Source: an uncultured Gammaproteobacteria bacterium | GTDB taxonomy: Bacteria; Patescibacteriota; Patescibacteriia; 2-12-FULL-60-25 | Direction: 5' to 3' | DNA length: 64,000 nucleotides | Assembly: GCA_964562155.1 (NCBI GenBank) | Contig: CAZLRU010000001.1 | Coordinates: 9,574 to 73,573 of the forward strand | In this document: piece by piece, positions 60,708 through 64,000 of the stretch | Numbering within the stretch: position 1 is the stretch's first letter | Layout: each line of letters starts with the position of its first letter | The notes under the pieces: model-generated | What the model saw: the letters and a program-made list of their open reading frames with translations, nothing else | The model's database searches: none | Told to the model about the DNA's origin: nothing | Made by a program: the position numbers and the translations under genes

Positions 60708-62501
60708 ATGTTTCCTATCGAAACTCGCCGCCATAGTGCGGCTCATGTGATGGCGGCAGCTATCAAGCGCGTTTTTCCCGAGGCGAAGCTTGGCGTTGGT
60801 CCGGTTGTTGAAAACGGCTTTTATTATGATATCGATATCGGTCGACCGGTGACACCCGAGGACATTGTTGCTATCAACAAAGGGATGACGCGGATTGTGC
60901 AAGAGAACCCGGCTTTCACCCGTGAAGAAGTAACGATTGATGAGGCGATTCGTTTGTTCGGAGAGATGGGACAGATCTATAAGGTTGAGCTTTTGACTGA
61001 TTTAAAAACAAAAGGAACGACTAAAGTATCGATTGAAGAAGCTCAGGACGTGGATCCGCAAAATGTAGGAGTTGCTTCTATTTATCGAACGGGGGATTTT
61101 GTTGATCTTTGTCGAGGGCCTCATGTGACGCAGGCTAAAGAGATTGGCGTCTGGAAGTTGTCGAAAATCGCCGGCGTGTATTGGCGAGGCAAGGATACGA
61201 ATCCGCAAATGCAGCGTATTTATGGATTGTGTTTTGCTACAAAGGAAGAACTGGCTGCCTACGAGGCTATGATGGCCGAAGCCGAGAAGCGGGATCATCG
61301 GAAGCTTGGCGCTGAGCTCGATTTGTTTTCCTTTTCGCCGTTAGTGGGGTCTGGATTGCCTTTATTTAGCTCTAAAGGCTCAATGCTTCGGCAATTGCTC
61401 ACAGACTTTGTGTGGGAGCTTATGAAGCCGTATGGCTATGAGCGCGTTTGGATTCCTCATATCACCAAGGCGGACTTATATAAGACTTCCGGTCATTGGG
61501 AAAAATTTGAAGATGATTTGTTTCATGTGTCGAGCAAGAAAACAGATGAAGCATTCGTGCTTAAGCCCATGAATTGTCCGCATCATACTCAGATTTATGC
61601 GGCTAAACCTAGGAGTTATCGCGATCTTCCTATTCGCATGAGTGAGGTGACTACGGTCTACCGTGACGAGAATACGGGTCAGCTTCAGGGGCTTACTCGT
61701 GTCCGTTCGATTACGCAAGATGATGCGCATGTATTTTGCCGACCGGATCAGGTTCAGGATGAAGCCCGTGCTATCTACGATATTGCTGAACGGTTTTATG
61801 CAGCGTTTGGCATGTCGTTTCAACGTGTGTGCTTGAGTGTTCGTGATCCACAGAAGCCCGAGAAGTATCTTGGCAGTGATGAGGTGTGGAATGGCGCAGA
61901 GAAAGCGTTGGCAGAAGTCATGCAGAGTGTTGGACGTGAGGTTGTGATTGCAGAAGGGGACGCGGCGTTCTATGGGCCAAAGCTTGATTTCTTGGTTAAG
62001 GACGCGATCGGTCGTGAATGGCAGCTTGCTACTATTCAGCTCGACTTTAACTTGCCCGAGCGCTTTGAACTTGAATATGCCGATGCAGATGGAACAAAAA
62101 AACGTCCCGTCATGGTTCATCGCGCTATTTTAGGCTCAGTAGAACGCTTTATGGGGATTTTGATCGAGCATTTTGCCGGAGCTTTTCCATTGTGGCTTTC
62201 GCCTGTCCAAATTGCTATTTTGCCGGTTGCGGATCGACATGTAGAGTTTGCTGAATCGCTTGCCAAGGAATTGCAGCAACATGATCTGCGTGTGGAAGTT
62301 GATACATCCACGGAGTCTGTTGGGAAGAAGATCCGCAATGCGGAGAAGGCCAAGCATCCGGTGATGTTGGTGGTGGGGGATAAGGAGGCGGAGGGTGGGC
62401 CGCTTACAGTGCGCAGACGTGGGAAGGCGGAGCAGGAGATGGTTGAAAAAATCCTGTTTGTAGAGCAGATCTTGAAGGAAGTGTCAGAAAGAGCTTTGTA
62501 A
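60708..62501 (+). CDS. thrS: Threonine--tRNA ligase lacking the N-terminal TGS domain
   Basis: Start MFPIETRRHSAAHVMAAAIKRVFPEAKLGVGPVVENGFYYD (the editing-domain HxxxH region). It has class II motifs and the anticodon-binding C-terminus. The track ORF from 60489 reads through the T-box leader. Confidence 0.95.
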   Translation: MFPIETRRHSAAHVMAAAIKRVFPEAKLGVGPVVENGFYYDIDIGRPVTPEDIVAINKGMTRIVQENPAFTREEVTIDEAIRLFGEMGQIYKVELLTDLKTKGTTKVSIEEAQDVDPQNVGVASIYRTGDFVDLCRGPHVTQAKEIGVWKLSKIAGVYWRGKDTNPQMQRIYGLCFATKEELAAYEAMMAEAEKRDHRKLGAELDLFSFSPLVGSGLPLFSSKGSMLRQLLTDFVWELMKPYGYERVWIPHITKADLYKTSGHWEKFEDDLFHVSSKKTDEAFVLKPMNCPHHTQIYAAKPRSYRDLPIRMSEVTTVYRDENTGQLQGLTRVRSITQDDAHVFCRPDQVQDEARAIYDIAERFYAAFGMSFQRVCLSVRDPQKPEKYLGSDEVWNGAEKALAEVMQSVGREVVIAEGDAAFYGPKLDFLVKDAIGREWQLATIQLDFNLPERFELEYADADGTKKRPVMVHRAILGSVERFMGILIEHFAGAFPLWLSPVQIAILPVADRHVEFAESLAKELQQHDLRVEVDTSTESVGKKIRNAEKAKHPVMLVVGDKEAEGGPLTVRRRGKAEQEMVEKILFVEQILKEVSERAL

Positions 62502-62507
62502 TATGAA

Positions 62508-62545
62508 ATAAATACCCTCCGCGCATGTGCGGAGGGTATTTATTT
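62508..62545. terminator. Bidirectional terminator between convergent thrS and 62560..64000
   Basis: AATACCCTCCGC-GCATGT-GCGGAGGGTATT (12 bp), flanked by A/T runs. Confidence 0.8.
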
Positions 62546-62559
62546 GGGTGAATCCTTGT

Positions 62560-64000
62560 TTATTCTCTTACTCTGCTACTTGTTTCTCGCATGGCTTGTT
62601 TAAGACTTTGGTAGAGAGAGGTGATCAGTTCTGGATTTTTCCCAGCTCCTTTCAAAGCGTCCTGCAGAACTCGTACTCGGGCTGTGTAGTTGAAGATCAG
62701 GTCGAGATGTGTTTCTTCGTTATCAACCTCCATGTTAGCAACACGTTCTGCTGCTTCGAGCATAAAGGTGGCATGGGCGGCCGTTTCTTCTAAGGTTTTG
62801 CCTCCGAATTCTTTTTTGAGTGCATTTAATCCTTTTTGAGCGTCAGCGCGTTCTTCTTTTGTTTTTCCGACGCTGGCTTTTGCTTCTAATATCTGAAGCG
62901 CGCGAAGGGTTGTTTTTTCTACACTCTTTAATTCTGTTCGCTCATCTTCGCTGAGGACGGGTGTGCGTTTGAATTCTTCTCCAGAGGCTACTTTTTGAAG
63001 CGTGATGATTGGAATGGCGTTTCTTCGGTCCAGTGTGGCTGTGTTGAAGTCTTGATCCGTAGTTCGGTAACTGAGGGTGTTTTTTGTTAGTAGATCCATG
63101 GCTTGTTGGTTGTATGTTTCGTTCAGTTTTTTGCCGGTGATGGTTTTATTGAGAACGAATGTGTCCATGAGTGTTTTTGCCAATTCCTCCGTCTCCTCAA
63201 GCTTTTTAAGATTTTCTTCGAAGAGGCGTTCGCTTTGTTGACGTTTGGCGATGGTGTTTGGATCTTTCTCGGCGAGAATTCGTTCGCCTCGCCAGTTTTT
63301 GGCAAAGACGGGACTGTCCTTTTGTACTGCATTAAGGAGTTGTTGCGTTTCTTCGTATCGATCCATGGCAGCCTCGTATTGTTTTTTCAGCGCTGCTACG
63401 TCGCGGCGTGTTGTAGCTTCGGTGATACTTGTCCAAAGTGAGCCGAGGAATGATTTTTTAGGAGCTTCGTAGGCGAGGGCGACTTGACCAGGAACTTCAA
63501 CAAATTCACCGCGTTCAGCTAATTTATCGGCGATGGCTTTTAGTTCTGTTTGGTACCCTTCTGCGCGTTTTTGGTAAACGGCAACGTTCCGGGCGCGTTC
63601 TTTTTCTTCTATAAAGCGTTTTGCTTCAGCTTTTATAATCAATTTCTCGTCTTCGTCGGTTGTTGCTGCTCCTTCACGGACTCTGTTTAGCATCCGTTGT
63701 TCATCTTCGGCTAATGGTTTTTCATCTAGCGGCGTGGTTAGGTCGTCTCTTCTGTTTTTGTTCGGTCTTTTGATCGCAACATCTCCTTTGTCTAGTTTTT
63801 TAAATCGATCTGTTTTGTTAAGCTGATCTGCTACTTCTCGAGTTAGTTCTTCCAAGTTTTGTATTCGGTGTTTTGCTAAAAACGCTCGATCATCGATTTG
63901 CTTAAATTCGTCTTCTGATTCTTCCGTTTTTGGTGTTGCCGCGGGTGATTTTTCTCCTTGGCTTATTGTTCCCAGATGCTTTTCTAGGAGAGTTTGATAT
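62560..64000 (-). CDS. Partial CDS: large charged coiled-coil protein, hypothetical (N-terminus beyond window end)
   Basis: The track ORF is 62560..63855 from a TTG. The same frame stays open with no stop up to base 64000 (...YQTLLEKHLGTISQGEKSPAATPKTEESEDEFKQIDDRAFLAKHRIQNLEELTRE...), so the gene is truncated by the window edge. Confidence 0.65.
   Translation of the reverse strand, partial: YQTLLEKHLGTISQGEKSPAATPKTEESEDEFKQIDDRAFLAKHRIQNLEELTREVADQLNKTDRFKKLDKGDVAIKRPNKNRRDDLTTPLDEKPLAEDEQRMLNRVREGAATTDEDEKLIIKAEAKRFIEEKERARNVAVYQKRAEGYQTELKAIADKLAERGEFVEVPGQVALAYEAPKKSFLGSLWTSITEATTRRDVAALKKQYEAAMDRYEETQQLLNAVQKDSPVFAKNWRGERILAEKDPNTIAKRQQSERLFEENLKKLEETEELAKTLMDTFVLNKTITGKKLNETYNQQAMDLLTKNTLSYRTTDQDFNTATLDRRNAIPIITLQKVASGEEFKRTPVLSEDERTELKSVEKTTLRALQILEAKASVGKTKEERADAQKGLNALKKEFGGKTLEETAAHATFMLEAAERVANMEVDNEETHLDLIFNYTARVRVLQDALKGAGKNPELITSLYQSLKQAMRETSSRVRE

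Overview
The window is a gene-dense (about 90% coding) bacterial chromosomal segment that reads cleanly under the standard code 11, with full-length dnaK, groEL, thrS and dnaX. GC is about 47-52% judged from a few hand-counted lines. I found no rRNA, CRISPR array, transposase or integrase. The gene content suggests an uncultivated Patescibacteria/CPR (Parcubacteria-like) organism, but this is inference only. The supporting signs are many short housekeeping genes, a solitary rplA, a DUF4012-type giant envelope protein, an orphan membrane-anchored VirD4/TraD-like ATPase, large membrane-anchored beta-sandwich-type surface proteins, and nucleotide salvage-type modules. Recognisable content, in order:
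- queA.
- A HlyD/MacB-type ABC exporter with one ATPase and two FtsX permeases.
- A CIRCE-controlled heat-shock operon: hrcA-grpE-hsp20-dnaK-(ybaK-like, DUF3467)-dnaJ.
- Two ECF sigma/anti-sigma modules.
- cysS, the VirD4-like ATPase and dnaX.
- An O-antigen-ligase locus.
- CIRCE-groES-groEL.
- A six-gene dTTP module on one strand: dcd-kinase-dut-thyA-folA-tmk-like.
- rplA.
- A rimK/cofF-like - yhhQ - ribD_C - cofE-like cluster.
- mscL and rlmI.
- Four tRNAs: Leu-UAA, Phe-GAA, Gly-UCC, Pro-UGG.
- A glycan/envelope cluster: GT4, DUF4012, surface proteins, RmlA-like, GT2.
- A yqjD/yqjE-like pair.
- A T-box-like leader followed by thrS.
The most interesting unexplained signals are non-coding:
- A promoter, ~155-nt multi-helix RNA and intrinsic terminator directly upstream of the dTTP operon. 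This is a candidate orphan riboswitch.
- A free-standing ~290-nt structured RNA gene upstream of the exporter, which I could not classify.
- A third terminator-capped RNA upstream of mscL.
- A Thr T-box with a reduced Stem I.
Also notable:
- Two genes with a clearly foreign, C-ending codon usage.
- A cofE/cofF-like glutamyl-ligase cluster.
- Degenerate class-I signature motifs in cysS.
- A shared C-terminal module in two surface proteins 52 kb apart.
All functional calls rest on motif recognition by eye. No database search was run.
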